Origin: an uncultured Bacteroidota bacterium
Lineage (GTDB): Bacteria > Bacteroidota > Bacteroidia > Chitinophagales > Chitinophagaceae
Length of the DNA: 64,000 nt
NCBI GenBank assembly: GCA_903874055.1
Contig: CAIQQR010000112.1
Span: forward strand, 1,467 to 65,466
Direction of reading: 5' to 3'
Below, piece after piece: positions 21,115 to 30,143 of this stretch (positions are counted from its first letter, which is position 1; every line of letters begins with the position of its first letter). Below the pieces are notes generated by a model. That model saw nothing but the letters and a program-made list of their open reading frames with translations, ran no database searches and had not been told where the DNA came from. The translations under genes were made by a program, and so were the position numbers.

Positions 21115-21122
21115 CAAAAATA
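21115..21122 (-). promoter_or_regulatory. Candidate -7 box (TATTTTTG on the minus strand) for the E2 gene
   Basis: CAAAAATA on the plus strand, 17 nt upstream of the E2 start and just downstream of the cinA stop codon. Confidence 0.4.
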
Positions 21123-21125
21123 AGA

Positions 21126-22382
21126 CTAAATCTTATTGATAATTAACAACCTAAGTAAATTTATGGCTTGATTCGCAGTTACTTCTATATTGCGTAAACG
21201 GTCAAATCTTAAATAAAAGACTTTTGAGTACACTTTTTCTTTGTTAGCAACCCCAATCCAAACCATTCCAAGTGGTTTTTCGTCGGTTTGACCAGATGGT
21301 CCCATAATGCCACTCACAGATACTGCGTAATCAGTATTCATTTTCTCCCTTACCGATTTAGCCATTTGCTCCACTGCCTCCTGACTCACTGCTCCAACAG
21401 TTTGCAAAATAGGTACAGGTACATCTAAAAACTCTGTTTTAATACGATTGTCGTAGCTTATAATGCCACCAGTATAGAATTGAGAGGAGCCTGCATGTTT
21501 AGACAATAAATGTCCTATAAATCCACCTGTACAACTTTCGGCAGTTGCAACAGTTTGGTTTTTGGCTTTTAGTAATTTACCTACAACCACTTCCATGTTT
21601 TCATCTTCATCCGTTACTAAATAATCAGCAACTGCAATTTTAAGTTTAGCAAACGCTTCTTCAATACTGGTTTTCAATTCGTTTTCATCTAATCCAGACG
21701 AGGTTAATCTTAATCTTACCATCCCAAAATTGGGTAAATAGGCTAATTTAATATTTTCAGGTAAGTTATTTTCAAAGTCAGCTATCAACTCGGCTAAAAA
21801 GGATTCTCCTATTCCTGCAGTCAATAAAGTCCTATGCATGATTGGGCTTGTAGTAAAATTTTTGACAATACTTGGTATCACATGATGATCGGTCAAATAA
21901 CGCATTTCATGCGGAACCCCAGGTAGTGAAAAAACAAAAACTCCTTCTTTTTTAAATAACATTCCCGGTGCCGTTCCAGTTTCGTTAAATAATACTTCAC
22001 AAACATCTGGCACTTCGGCCTGTTTGCGATTTCGTTCAATCATTGGACGTTTATGTCTATTAACAAAAATGTCAGTAATATGATCTAGAGTAGGTTGATG
22101 AATTACCAATTTTCCACCAAAAAATTCATTTAATAAAGGCTTAGTAATATCGTCTGCGGTTGGGCCTAAGCCTCCTGTTAAAATAACAATATTGCTGTTT
22201 TTAGAGGCATTTGAAAGTGCTTCAACAATATCATTTTTTGAATCTCCAACAGCAATTCTATTTTTAACCCCAACCCCAATACGGTTTAATGCCTGTGCAA
22301 TATAAGCGCTATTGGTATCGATGACTTGACCTATTAATAGTTCATCACCGATAGTGATTATGGTTGCTTGTATTGCCTTCAT
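21126..22382 (-). CDS. cinA: Competence/damage-inducible protein CinA (MoCF-biosynthesis domain plus NMN amidohydrolase PncC domain)
   Basis: N-terminus IITIGDELLIGQVIDTNS, GGLGPTADD and C-terminal ATAESCTGG motif. 418 aa. Confidence 0.9.
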   Translation of the reverse strand: MKAIQATIITIGDELLIGQVIDTNSAYIAQALNRIGVGVKNRIAVGDSKNDIVEALSNASKNSNIVILTGGLGPTADDITKPLLNEFFGGKLVIHQPTLDHITDIFVNRHKRPMIERNRKQAEVPDVCEVLFNETGTAPGMLFKKEGVFVFSLPGVPHEMRYLTDHHVIPSIVKNFTTSPIMHRTLLTAGIGESFLAELIADFENNLPENIKLAYLPNFGMVRLRLTSSGLDENELKTSIEEAFAKLKIAVADYLVTDEDENMEVVVGKLLKAKNQTVATAESCTGGFIGHLLSKHAGSSQFYTGGIISYDNRIKTEFLDVPVPILQTVGAVSQEAVEQMAKSVREKMNTDYAVSVSGIMGPSGQTDEKPLGMVWIGVANKEKVYSKVFYLRFDRLRNIEVTANQAINLLRLLIINKI

Positions 22383-22416
22383 TTAAAGATGAATTATTTA
22401 GGTTGCAAAATAAACC

Positions 22417-22436
22417 AAAAAAACCCATAATTGGGT
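22417..22436 (-). terminator. Probable terminator downstream of the thioesterase gene
   Basis: On the minus strand, hairpin ACCCA-ATTA-TGGGT is followed by TTTTTTT. Confidence 0.45.
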
Positions 22437-22450
22437 GGTTTTAAGCCTAT

Positions 22451-22861
22451 TTATACAAAGTAGGGACTTAGTTTATCTTTCAAAAAAACAGGCATTTCTG
22501 CTCTTTTACTAAAGTTTTTATCCATAAAGTAAAGCTTCACGATGCCAATGGTTAACAATTTACCCTCTTCATTATACACTTCCTGATCAAATTGTATTCG
22601 ATGATCAATGGGCAATTCTTTAATCATAGTTTTTATAGTAAGCAAGTCGTCGTATTTGGCTGGTCTTAAATATTTGATATTTAACTCCACAACAGGAAGC
22701 ATAATGCCCATTTCCTCAATTGTTTTATAACTTATCCCAAGGTTTCTTAAGCTTTCTACTCTTGCCACTTCAAAATACTGGGCATAATTTCCATAATAAA
22801 CCACATTCATTGGATCAGCTTCGGCATATCTGACTCTTACCTGGGTATTAAATTCGTACAT
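22451..22861 (-). CDS. YbgC/4HBT-family acyl-CoA thioesterase (hotdog fold)
   Basis: VRYAEADPMNVVYYGNY is the typical 4HBT N-terminus. Start moved to the ATG at 22861 because a -7 box lies at 22888-22895, inside the longer ORF. Confidence 0.83.
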   Translation of the reverse strand: MYEFNTQVRVRYAEADPMNVVYYGNYAQYFEVARVESLRNLGISYKTIEEMGIMLPVVELNIKYLRPAKYDDLLTIKTMIKELPIDHRIQFDQEVYNEEGKLLTIGIVKLYFMDKNFSKRAEMPVFLKDKLSPYFV

Positions 22862-22887
22862 ATGGGCTCTTTTTTGATATATGTTGA

Positions 22888-22895
22888 CAAAATTA
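22888..22895 (-). promoter_or_regulatory. Candidate -7 box (TAATTTTG on the minus strand) for the thioesterase gene
   Basis: CAAAATTA on the plus strand, 27 nt upstream of the ATG at 22861. A possible -33 TTG (CAA at 22917-22919) follows a 21-nt spacer. Confidence 0.4.
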
Positions 22896-22986
22896 AGCAA
22901 TCAATCTGTTTTTCCACAATATCATCATTTAACCTATCGTTCTATAAAGAGGACTTAATTTTATGCTATCATAAATAACAGGATCT

Positions 22987-25900
22987 ATGTTACAAAATAA
23001 AAAATCGGTTATTGGTATTTTTATATTGCTATTTACTTTGATAAATCAGGTAGAAATCAATGCACAGTCCAATGACTACAATCACCCAATTGCAGCTCTA
23101 TTTGAAAAAGGGTTATTTGCATTAAAAGCAGGGGATACCAACACTGCCTATTCAAATATAGCATCAGCCTTTACCTTTTCTGATAACAATGAAGACGTTA
23201 GTTATCAATATATCGCTTTGTCATTAGCTTTAAAAAAATCATTTGCCGAAAAACTTGCAAACGATTTTACGGTTAAATCTAGCAATCGAATTTATGTTTC
23301 AAGAATTCATTTTTTATTAGGTAAATATTTTTTTGAACAACATAAAGATGCTCAATCCATTGCATCTTATGCTTTAGTAAGTATTGATGATTTAGACAAT
23401 AATGAAATTACCTTAATGAAATACCAGCAAGGGTATTTATTTTTTAAGGCTGGTAAATGGGATAAGGCAACTAGTTTATTGAATACAGTTAGACAAGTAG
23501 TCAATAATCCTTTTTATACCGACGCTAATTATTATGCTGGTTTTATAGCATTGGAAAAAAAGGAATTTAAAGAGGCTTTAAATTATTTTCAAATTGCAGC
23601 AACTAATAAGGCTTATGCAAAGTTGACACCATTTTATATTAGTCAGTTATATTATTTTTTAGGTGACATTGATGCTGCCATGGATAATTGCCAAAAGGCA
23701 CTTGCAACTAATAATCAATTTTATGAAGTTCAATTAAAACAGTTATTAGGCCATTTATTATTTGAGAAGAAAGAATTTCAAAAGGCATTACCTTATTTAG
23801 CAGGTTATGTAGAAAAGCAAACAAAAGTTGATCCTCAGGATTTGTATCAATTGTCATTTTGTTATTTTCAATCCCAAAATTGGACTAAAGCAATTGAAGG
23901 ATTTAAACAATTGGCCAATGTTGAAGATTCTTTAGGTCAAAATAGCATGTATTTATTAGCCACCTCTTATTTAAAAGTAAATGATAAACAAGGAGCTAAA
24001 AATGCTTTTTTAATTTGCTCTACCAAAAGTTTAAATAGTGCTCAAAAAGAAATTTCCTTATTTAACTATGCCAAATTAGCAGCAGAACTAAAGGAATACA
24101 GTGCTGCTGTAACTGCTATGGATAAGTTTATGACTACTTATCCTAATTCAGTTTACTTTGGTGAAGCTAAATCGGTTTGGGTGGCATCCTTAACTTTAAG
24201 TAGCAACTATGTTCAAGCATTGGAAGCCTATGAATCCATTGCCCAGCCATCAAATGAGTTATTAAAGTTATATCCAAATATGTTATTGGGCAAGGCTAGC
24301 ATTGATATTAATGATGGACATATTGAGCAAGCATATAATTTATTACATAAAGTAATCAACACCCCCTATAATTCAAAAGTGTTAGCGCAGGTACAATTTT
24401 GGCTAGGTGAATTATCTTACAAAATGGGAAGAGTGGATGAATCAATTGATCAATTTGAACATTTTTTATTAGATCCAGTGGAGCTTCCCGAAGTAAATCA
24501 GCGTCATGCAAGATATTCCTTGGGCTATTGCTATTTGAAAAAAGGTTTATACGCTAAGGCTCAAGAAAACTTTACGATTGTTTCTAAATACAATCATAGT
24601 AATATGATTGAAGCGTATCAAAAAGAATCATTTTTAAGAATTGCAGATTGTCAATTAATGCTAAAGCAATATAAAGTGGCATTACAATCTTATCAAAAAG
24701 TAATTGATTTTGGATGGGATTACACCGATTACGCAACCTTGCAAAAAGCAATTATTACTGGTGGAATAGGGCAGTTAAAAGAAAAGGTTCAAATTTTAAA
24801 AGACTTTGAAACACAATTTCCTAATTCGGCTTATGTAAATGATGCATACATGGAATTAGCAGATACTTATACTAATCATGAAAATTATCAAGACGCTATT
24901 GCACCATTAACCAAGATTTTGTTAAATAAGAAAGCGGTAAACTATTATCCTCAAGCTTCTTACAAGTTAGGTATCGTTTATTTTAACCTTAATAAAAATC
25001 AAATTGCACTCGAAACTTTCAAAGACTTAATTTCAAATTATCCTAAATCAATTGAAAGTGAAAATTCAATTGAGTTTGTGCGTAATATTTTTATTGAAGA
25101 TCAAAAGCCAGAATTATTTGTCCAATTTATGAATGATAATGGAAAGCCATTATCATTTAGTGAACAAGATTCACTAACATATAGAGCATCCATAATAAAG
25201 TATGAGCAAAAAAAGTATGTTGAAACCATGCAAGGCTTAAGCAGTTATCTATTGCAATTTCCAAATGGCAAAAATCAAATTGAAGCTAGTAATATAGTAG
25301 CCGAAATAGCTTATTCACAACAGATGTATGATACTGCAGCAGTTTATTTTGCTAGAGTGGCTGATCAATCTACCAATAAATATGCCGAAAGGGCAGCTTT
25401 ACTTGCTGCTAGATTAAACTACTTTAATTTCAAAAAGTATGAGGTGGCCGAAAAGTATTTTACAATTTTAAATACCATCGCAACTCAACAGGAAAACAAA
25501 GTTGAAGCATTAAAAGGCTTGTTAAGGTGTTCATATAAAGGGGAGCATTGGGAAGCATGTGCTAAAATTGCAACTTCTATACTGAATGATAAAAATTCGG
25601 CTACAGATGACCTATTGATGGCAAACATGGCTATCTATCACCAGAATGTTATTAAGGGGGATACTACTGGCGCAATTCAATCTTTAAACAAAGTGATCAA
25701 AACAAATCCATCCGCTATAACTGCTGAAGCACATTATTTATTAGCCAAGTTATATTTAGATCAAGGTAATTTGAGTGCCGCAGAAAAAACATCCTTTGAA
25801 GTAATCAAAAAGCAAGCTGCTTATGAATTTTGGGTAACTAAAACATATATTTTATTAGGGGATATTTATGTAGCCCAAAAAGATAATTTCAATGCGATTG

Positions 25901-26001
25901 CAACCTATAAAAGTGTTGCTGAAAATGCAGGTATTGATGATTTAAAAACAGAAGCAGCTAACAAATTAAAAATGTTGGTTGAAAATTCAAACATCAAGTA
26001 A
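22987..26001 (+). CDS. Large secreted tetratricopeptide-repeat protein (1004 aa)
   Basis: N-terminal signal peptide (IFILLFTLINQVEINAQS). Many A/Y/L-patterned 34-aa repeats, including YbgF-like units (e.g. FPNSAYVNDAYMELADTY, YPKSIESENSIEFV). Confidence 0.8.
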   Translation: MLQNKKSVIGIFILLFTLINQVEINAQSNDYNHPIAALFEKGLFALKAGDTNTAYSNIASAFTFSDNNEDVSYQYIALSLALKKSFAEKLANDFTVKSSNRIYVSRIHFLLGKYFFEQHKDAQSIASYALVSIDDLDNNEITLMKYQQGYLFFKAGKWDKATSLLNTVRQVVNNPFYTDANYYAGFIALEKKEFKEALNYFQIAATNKAYAKLTPFYISQLYYFLGDIDAAMDNCQKALATNNQFYEVQLKQLLGHLLFEKKEFQKALPYLAGYVEKQTKVDPQDLYQLSFCYFQSQNWTKAIEGFKQLANVEDSLGQNSMYLLATSYLKVNDKQGAKNAFLICSTKSLNSAQKEISLFNYAKLAAELKEYSAAVTAMDKFMTTYPNSVYFGEAKSVWVASLTLSSNYVQALEAYESIAQPSNELLKLYPNMLLGKASIDINDGHIEQAYNLLHKVINTPYNSKVLAQVQFWLGELSYKMGRVDESIDQFEHFLLDPVELPEVNQRHARYSLGYCYLKKGLYAKAQENFTIVSKYNHSNMIEAYQKESFLRIADCQLMLKQYKVALQSYQKVIDFGWDYTDYATLQKAIITGGIGQLKEKVQILKDFETQFPNSAYVNDAYMELADTYTNHENYQDAIAPLTKILLNKKAVNYYPQASYKLGIVYFNLNKNQIALETFKDLISNYPKSIESENSIEFVRNIFIEDQKPELFVQFMNDNGKPLSFSEQDSLTYRASIIKYEQKKYVETMQGLSSYLLQFPNGKNQIEASNIVAEIAYSQQMYDTAAVYFARVADQSTNKYAERAALLAARLNYFNFKKYEVAEKYFTILNTIATQQENKVEALKGLLRCSYKGEHWEACAKIATSILNDKNSATDDLLMANMAIYHQNVIKGDTTGAIQSLNKVIKTNPSAITAEAHYLLAKLYLDQGNLSAAEKTSFEVIKKQAAYEFWVTKTYILLGDIYVAQKDNFNAIATYKSVAENAGIDDLKTEAANKLKMLVENSNIK

Positions 26002-26010
26002 TATAAAATT

Positions 26011-27846
26011 ATGAAGCATTTAATTAAATATATATTTTTCGTTGTGGGGATTTTTTGTTTTGCTGGTGCAGTAAATGCCCAAAAAAAGCATAAAAGCTCA
26101 AAGAAAGTATCAAGCAAAATAGCAAGTAAAGCGAAGGCTAAAAAAACTGCGAAAGGTGGAAAGAAAAAGACCGTAGAAGTTAAAAAGGCTAGTCACAATC
26201 AATTGGATAACTTAGCAGCATCCTCTCAATATGTTAAACAAGCAGAGTCAGTAAAATTGGATTCAGTGCCAGAAAAAGTAGTTACCATTTTATCTGATTT
26301 TAAACCTCAGTTAAAAAACTTGGCTAAAATCAATTTTAACAATGCAACCGTACAGAATGATACAACTACTTTGCGTATTGATTACAATGTCCCTAGTCAA
26401 AATTTAACTTTCCATTATAGGCCCATATCTTTAGTACCTCGTAGTTATAAGACAGATAGCTTAATTCATGCAAATAATAATGGAAGTATAAAAGTTGGAT
26501 TTGGTAATTATCTACAAAGAGAAATTGATGCTAACTATAATTTTAATGATGCTTATGACAATACCCATGCAGTTAATGTATATAATAATGCCTACAATGG
26601 CTTACATCATTTACAAACTTTAAATGAAATAGGCTTTAATTATATGAATAGCATAAATATCAATGCAGACAATAGATTCATCTCAAAATTGTATTATAAA
26701 CAAAGCGAAAGAAATAGATATGGCATGGTACCAGATTCTACTTTATTGCCTATAACTAATTATAAACAAAACTATTATTTAACAGGAGGTTCATTATCTT
26801 GGATTAATGATCTTAAAAACAACAGTAAACTTTATTATAAGCCTATTCTAAATTTTGAACATTTCGAAGGTTTTACTGGAGCTACAAATAATTGGGTTGA
26901 ATTTAAAAATAACCTAACAATTAAATATAAAAATGACATCAATTTTAATATCAACTTTAATTATAGCTACAATCAATTAAATGCAAAACAAAATAACGTT
27001 AACAATAATAAAAATAATAGTTATTTAAGTTTTACACCAAGCATTCAAGTAAATAAATTAAACAGTGATATAGATTTAGGTATCAGTCCGACTATTTTAA
27101 ATGGGAAGTTTAATTTATTTCCTTTAATTGCTTTTAAAAGAAAATTAGCCGATACTAATTACATACTTAAAGCTGGGTGGAATACACAGGTTTTAAATAA
27201 TCAATATACTACTCTGGTTACAACCAATCCATGGATTAATGTCCCAACCAATATTGAAATGACCACCAATGATAAAAAGTATATCGAGGTTCAAATTAAT
27301 GCGGGTAAAAGATTGGATTACGGATTTAATTTTTCTTTAAATAATTATAAAAATCTACCCTTATTTAATCGAGTAACCAATGTTAATCCTTTATATAATG
27401 GATTAATGTATAATGCATTATTTGAAAAAGAGGCCTCTACAATTGAGCTAACTGCTAATTTACGTTACCAGTTTAGTGATAAATTGTTGATTTTAAATAA
27501 TTTTAAATACATACAATTCAACTCATTGCTTGAAAATGCTAAACCATGGGGAATATTACCAATGGAGTTAGATAGTAAAATTAATTGGTTGCCAAATAGT
27601 AAATGGAATATTGCAGGATCTGTTAAACTTTGGACAGGAGCCACCATGCTTAATGATAAAAAATTGCCTATTGATATGAAAAATGCCTTTGTTTTAAATG
27701 CAATGGTTCAATATAAATTAACTTCCAACTGGAGTACTTGGGTAAAAGGAGAGAATTTATTAGATAGACCCTATGAAAGATGGTTAGATTATCCATCATT
27801 AGGTGTTCAAATATTGGGAGGAGTTGTATATTCGTTTAGAAAATAA
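26011..27846 (+). CDS. Predicted outer-membrane beta-barrel protein (putative-porin-like) with lysine-rich N-terminal tract
   Basis: Signal peptide ending AVNAQ. K-rich segment KKHKSSKKVSSKIASKAKAKKTAKGGKKKTVEVKK. Alternating Y/N/F-rich strands. Aromatic-containing C-terminal motif (...GGVVYSFRK). Confidence 0.6.
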   Translation: MKHLIKYIFFVVGIFCFAGAVNAQKKHKSSKKVSSKIASKAKAKKTAKGGKKKTVEVKKASHNQLDNLAASSQYVKQAESVKLDSVPEKVVTILSDFKPQLKNLAKINFNNATVQNDTTTLRIDYNVPSQNLTFHYRPISLVPRSYKTDSLIHANNNGSIKVGFGNYLQREIDANYNFNDAYDNTHAVNVYNNAYNGLHHLQTLNEIGFNYMNSININADNRFISKLYYKQSERNRYGMVPDSTLLPITNYKQNYYLTGGSLSWINDLKNNSKLYYKPILNFEHFEGFTGATNNWVEFKNNLTIKYKNDINFNINFNYSYNQLNAKQNNVNNNKNNSYLSFTPSIQVNKLNSDIDLGISPTILNGKFNLFPLIAFKRKLADTNYILKAGWNTQVLNNQYTTLVTTNPWINVPTNIEMTTNDKKYIEVQINAGKRLDYGFNFSLNNYKNLPLFNRVTNVNPLYNGLMYNALFEKEASTIELTANLRYQFSDKLLILNNFKYIQFNSLLENAKPWGILPMELDSKINWLPNSKWNIAGSVKLWTGATMLNDKKLPIDMKNAFVLNAMVQYKLTSNWSTWVKGENLLDRPYERWLDYPSLGVQILGGVVYSFRK

Positions 27847-27848
27847 TT

Positions 27849-28343
27849 ATGAATAATACTTTAATTCAATATTTTATAAAGTTTGGCCACTTAGTACTAC
27901 CCGAAATTGGTACTTTAAAATGGCATAAGCAGGAAGCTTATTGGGAAAGCAATACCCTTATTGCTCCTAAAGAGCAAATTGTGCTGGAGCAAGTGTACGA
28001 AAAACCCGCTAAGCAATTTTATAGTTTTGTTGCCGATGATTTGGGCATATCAATTGAACAAGCAACAATACAATTTGAAGCTTATTTAAATGAATTTACG
28101 AATCAAACTATCGCAAGTTTAAATATTGGCAACCTTGGGACACTGCATAAAAATGCCTCACAATATTCTTGGAATAATTTATACAATGGAGATAATTATT
28201 ATAAAAATATAACACCAGTTGCTGCATCTGTAGTGTTAGATGATTTTACCAAAGAAACCACTAAAAATTCAAATGCTTGGATAGTTTGGACCATCCTAAT
28301 TTCTATAATTTCTGTTTCTTTAATATTATATAAACAATTGTAG
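27849..28343 (+). CDS. Tail-anchored protein with HU/CCDC81-like N-terminal region
   Basis: N-terminus LIQYFIKFGHLVLPEIGTL. Internal GISIEQATIQFEAYLNEF...LNIGNLGTL resembles the HU-fold helix and beta-arm start. Single C-terminal TM (WIVWTILISIISVSLILY). Assignment is by eye only. Confidence 0.4.
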   Translation: MNNTLIQYFIKFGHLVLPEIGTLKWHKQEAYWESNTLIAPKEQIVLEQVYEKPAKQFYSFVADDLGISIEQATIQFEAYLNEFTNQTIASLNIGNLGTLHKNASQYSWNNLYNGDNYYKNITPVAASVVLDDFTKETTKNSNAWIVWTILISIISVSLILYKQL

Positions 28344-28346
28344 TTT

Positions 28347-29252
28347 ATGTCATTTCAAGATCAGCAAAATATCAATTGTCCTGTTTGTGCAAATAACACT
28401 TTAAACGAAGTATTGAATTGTACAGATTATTCTTTAACTCAGGAACTTTTTGATATTATTGAATGTCCCGTTTGTTCATTAAGAGTTACTTTTCCAATTC
28501 CACCTGCAGATAAAATTGCTCCTTATTATAATTTTACAGATTATATCTCTCATACAGATATAAATGAGGGATGGATGAATAAATTATATCATAAAGTAAG
28601 AAAAAAGACCCTTACACAAAAAACGAATTGGATACAATCTTTGTTTACTGGCTTTAAAGGAAATTTATTAGAAATTGGGGCTGGTACTGGTGCTTTTGCA
28701 AATGCAATGAAAATGAAAGGATGGAATGTAACAGCATTAGAGCCAGATGAAATAACAAGAACTAGAGCAAAAGATAATTACAATTTAGAGCTGTTGCCTA
28801 TTGAAGCATTATACAATTTACCGGAAAAAAGTTTTGATGTAATTACACTTTGGCATGTGTTAGAACATGTACATGATTTAAATGGGTATTTTAATGCTTT
28901 TTATAAATTGCTAAAACCAAATGGTCGTTTAATTATTGCAGTTCCCAATTATACTAGTTTTGATGCTCAATACTATAAATCGTTTTGGGCTGCTTATGAT
29001 GTGCCTAGGCATTTATATCATTTTTCTCCAAAGTCATTTGGTTTTTTAAGCAACAAATATCGTTTTAAAATAGTGGAGGCTAAACCAATGTGGTTTGATA
29101 GTTTCTATGTGAGTTTGTTAAGTGAAAAGTATCGTAAATCAGGATATATAGGAATTTTAAGGGCTTTTATGATTGGGGCAATATCAAATTTACTTGCTAT
29201 TAGAAACAATAATAAATCAAGCTCGGTGGTTTACGAGATAAAACACAAGTAG
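28347..29252 (+). CDS. Class I SAM-dependent methyltransferase with N-terminal CxxC...CxxC zinc ribbon
   Basis: CPVC...CPVC pair and SAM motif LLEIGAGTGAF. 301 aa. Confidence 0.82.
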   Translation: MSFQDQQNINCPVCANNTLNEVLNCTDYSLTQELFDIIECPVCSLRVTFPIPPADKIAPYYNFTDYISHTDINEGWMNKLYHKVRKKTLTQKTNWIQSLFTGFKGNLLEIGAGTGAFANAMKMKGWNVTALEPDEITRTRAKDNYNLELLPIEALYNLPEKSFDVITLWHVLEHVHDLNGYFNAFYKLLKPNGRLIIAVPNYTSFDAQYYKSFWAAYDVPRHLYHFSPKSFGFLSNKYRFKIVEAKPMWFDSFYVSLLSEKYRKSGYIGILRAFMIGAISNLLAIRNNNKSSSVVYEIKHK

Positions 29253-30113
29253 CTATTTGAATTTCAATTCAATTAATACTGGCCAATCTTTACCTGTTAT
29301 AAAAAATGTTCCTTTTGTTTTATGATAAGCAATGCCGTTTAAAACATTTCCTGGATCTTTTGTTTTTGGATCTTCTTTAATACCTACTTTCATAAGGATA
29401 TTTGACAAGTCAGCAACAGCAATAACACGTCCGGTATTGGGATCAATTTGAATGATATTATCAGTCATATATACATTCCCATAAAGTTTACCATTCACAT
29501 ATTCGAGCTCATTAATATTGGAAACATATCCATAATTATTAAATACGCCTAAAGTTTTTTTAACTGTAAAATTATTAGGGTCAACATAATAAATATTACT
29601 TCCGCCAGTATTAATAATGATAGCAGTATCGTCATGAGTCATTCCCCAACCTTCATAAGGCCAATATAATTCATTGGTCTTTTTTAGCGTTTTTGCATCG
29701 TACACAAATACTTTATGTTCTTTCCAAGTGAGTTGATAAATTTTCCCGTTAAATAGGGTAGTGCCTTCCCCAAAATAGGCTACGTCTAGTTTTACTGGAG
29801 AAACCAAATCCTTCATATTAGAATCTAATAAACGTAACTTACTCTGCTTGTAATTTCCTGTGCTTTCTATTAAATGATTACCATCCCATTCTAGCCCCTC
29901 TGTATAAGCGCTAGTATCATGTGGGTGCGTTTTAACAATATCAAAATTTAAAGTAGTAGGGGGCTGTATCGCATTTGGATTTGAATTTGAATCCGTATTG
30001 TTTGTAGCACTATTATTACAACTAGCAAATATGAATAGTAGAGTCAATAAAAGAAAGTTCTTTAAATGAATTTTCGATATATGTAATAAAGTTTTAAAAG
30101 TCATCATTGCCAT
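29253..30113 (-). CDS. Glutaminyl-peptide cyclotransferase (beta-propeller type), lipoprotein
   Basis: Lipobox LLFIFASC. YTEGLEWDGNHLIESTGNYKQSKL matches the Glu_cyclase_2 signature. Confidence 0.83.
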   Translation of the reverse strand: MAMMTFKTLLHISKIHLKNFLLLTLLFIFASCNNSATNNTDSNSNPNAIQPPTTLNFDIVKTHPHDTSAYTEGLEWDGNHLIESTGNYKQSKLRLLDSNMKDLVSPVKLDVAYFGEGTTLFNGKIYQLTWKEHKVFVYDAKTLKKTNELYWPYEGWGMTHDDTAIIINTGGSNIYYVDPNNFTVKKTLGVFNNYGYVSNINELEYVNGKLYGNVYMTDNIIQIDPNTGRVIAVADLSNILMKVGIKEDPKTKDPGNVLNGIAYHKTKGTFFITGKDWPVLIELKFK

Positions 30114-30143
30114 TTTTAATAGACTACTACAAGAAATTTATAA

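Noticed and set aside
26990-27030. Asn-rich low-complexity stretch (NAKQNNVNNNKNNSY) in the barrel gene
   Set aside because: It is consistent with an AT-rich genome and a surface loop. It is not a nucleotide tandem repeat of note.
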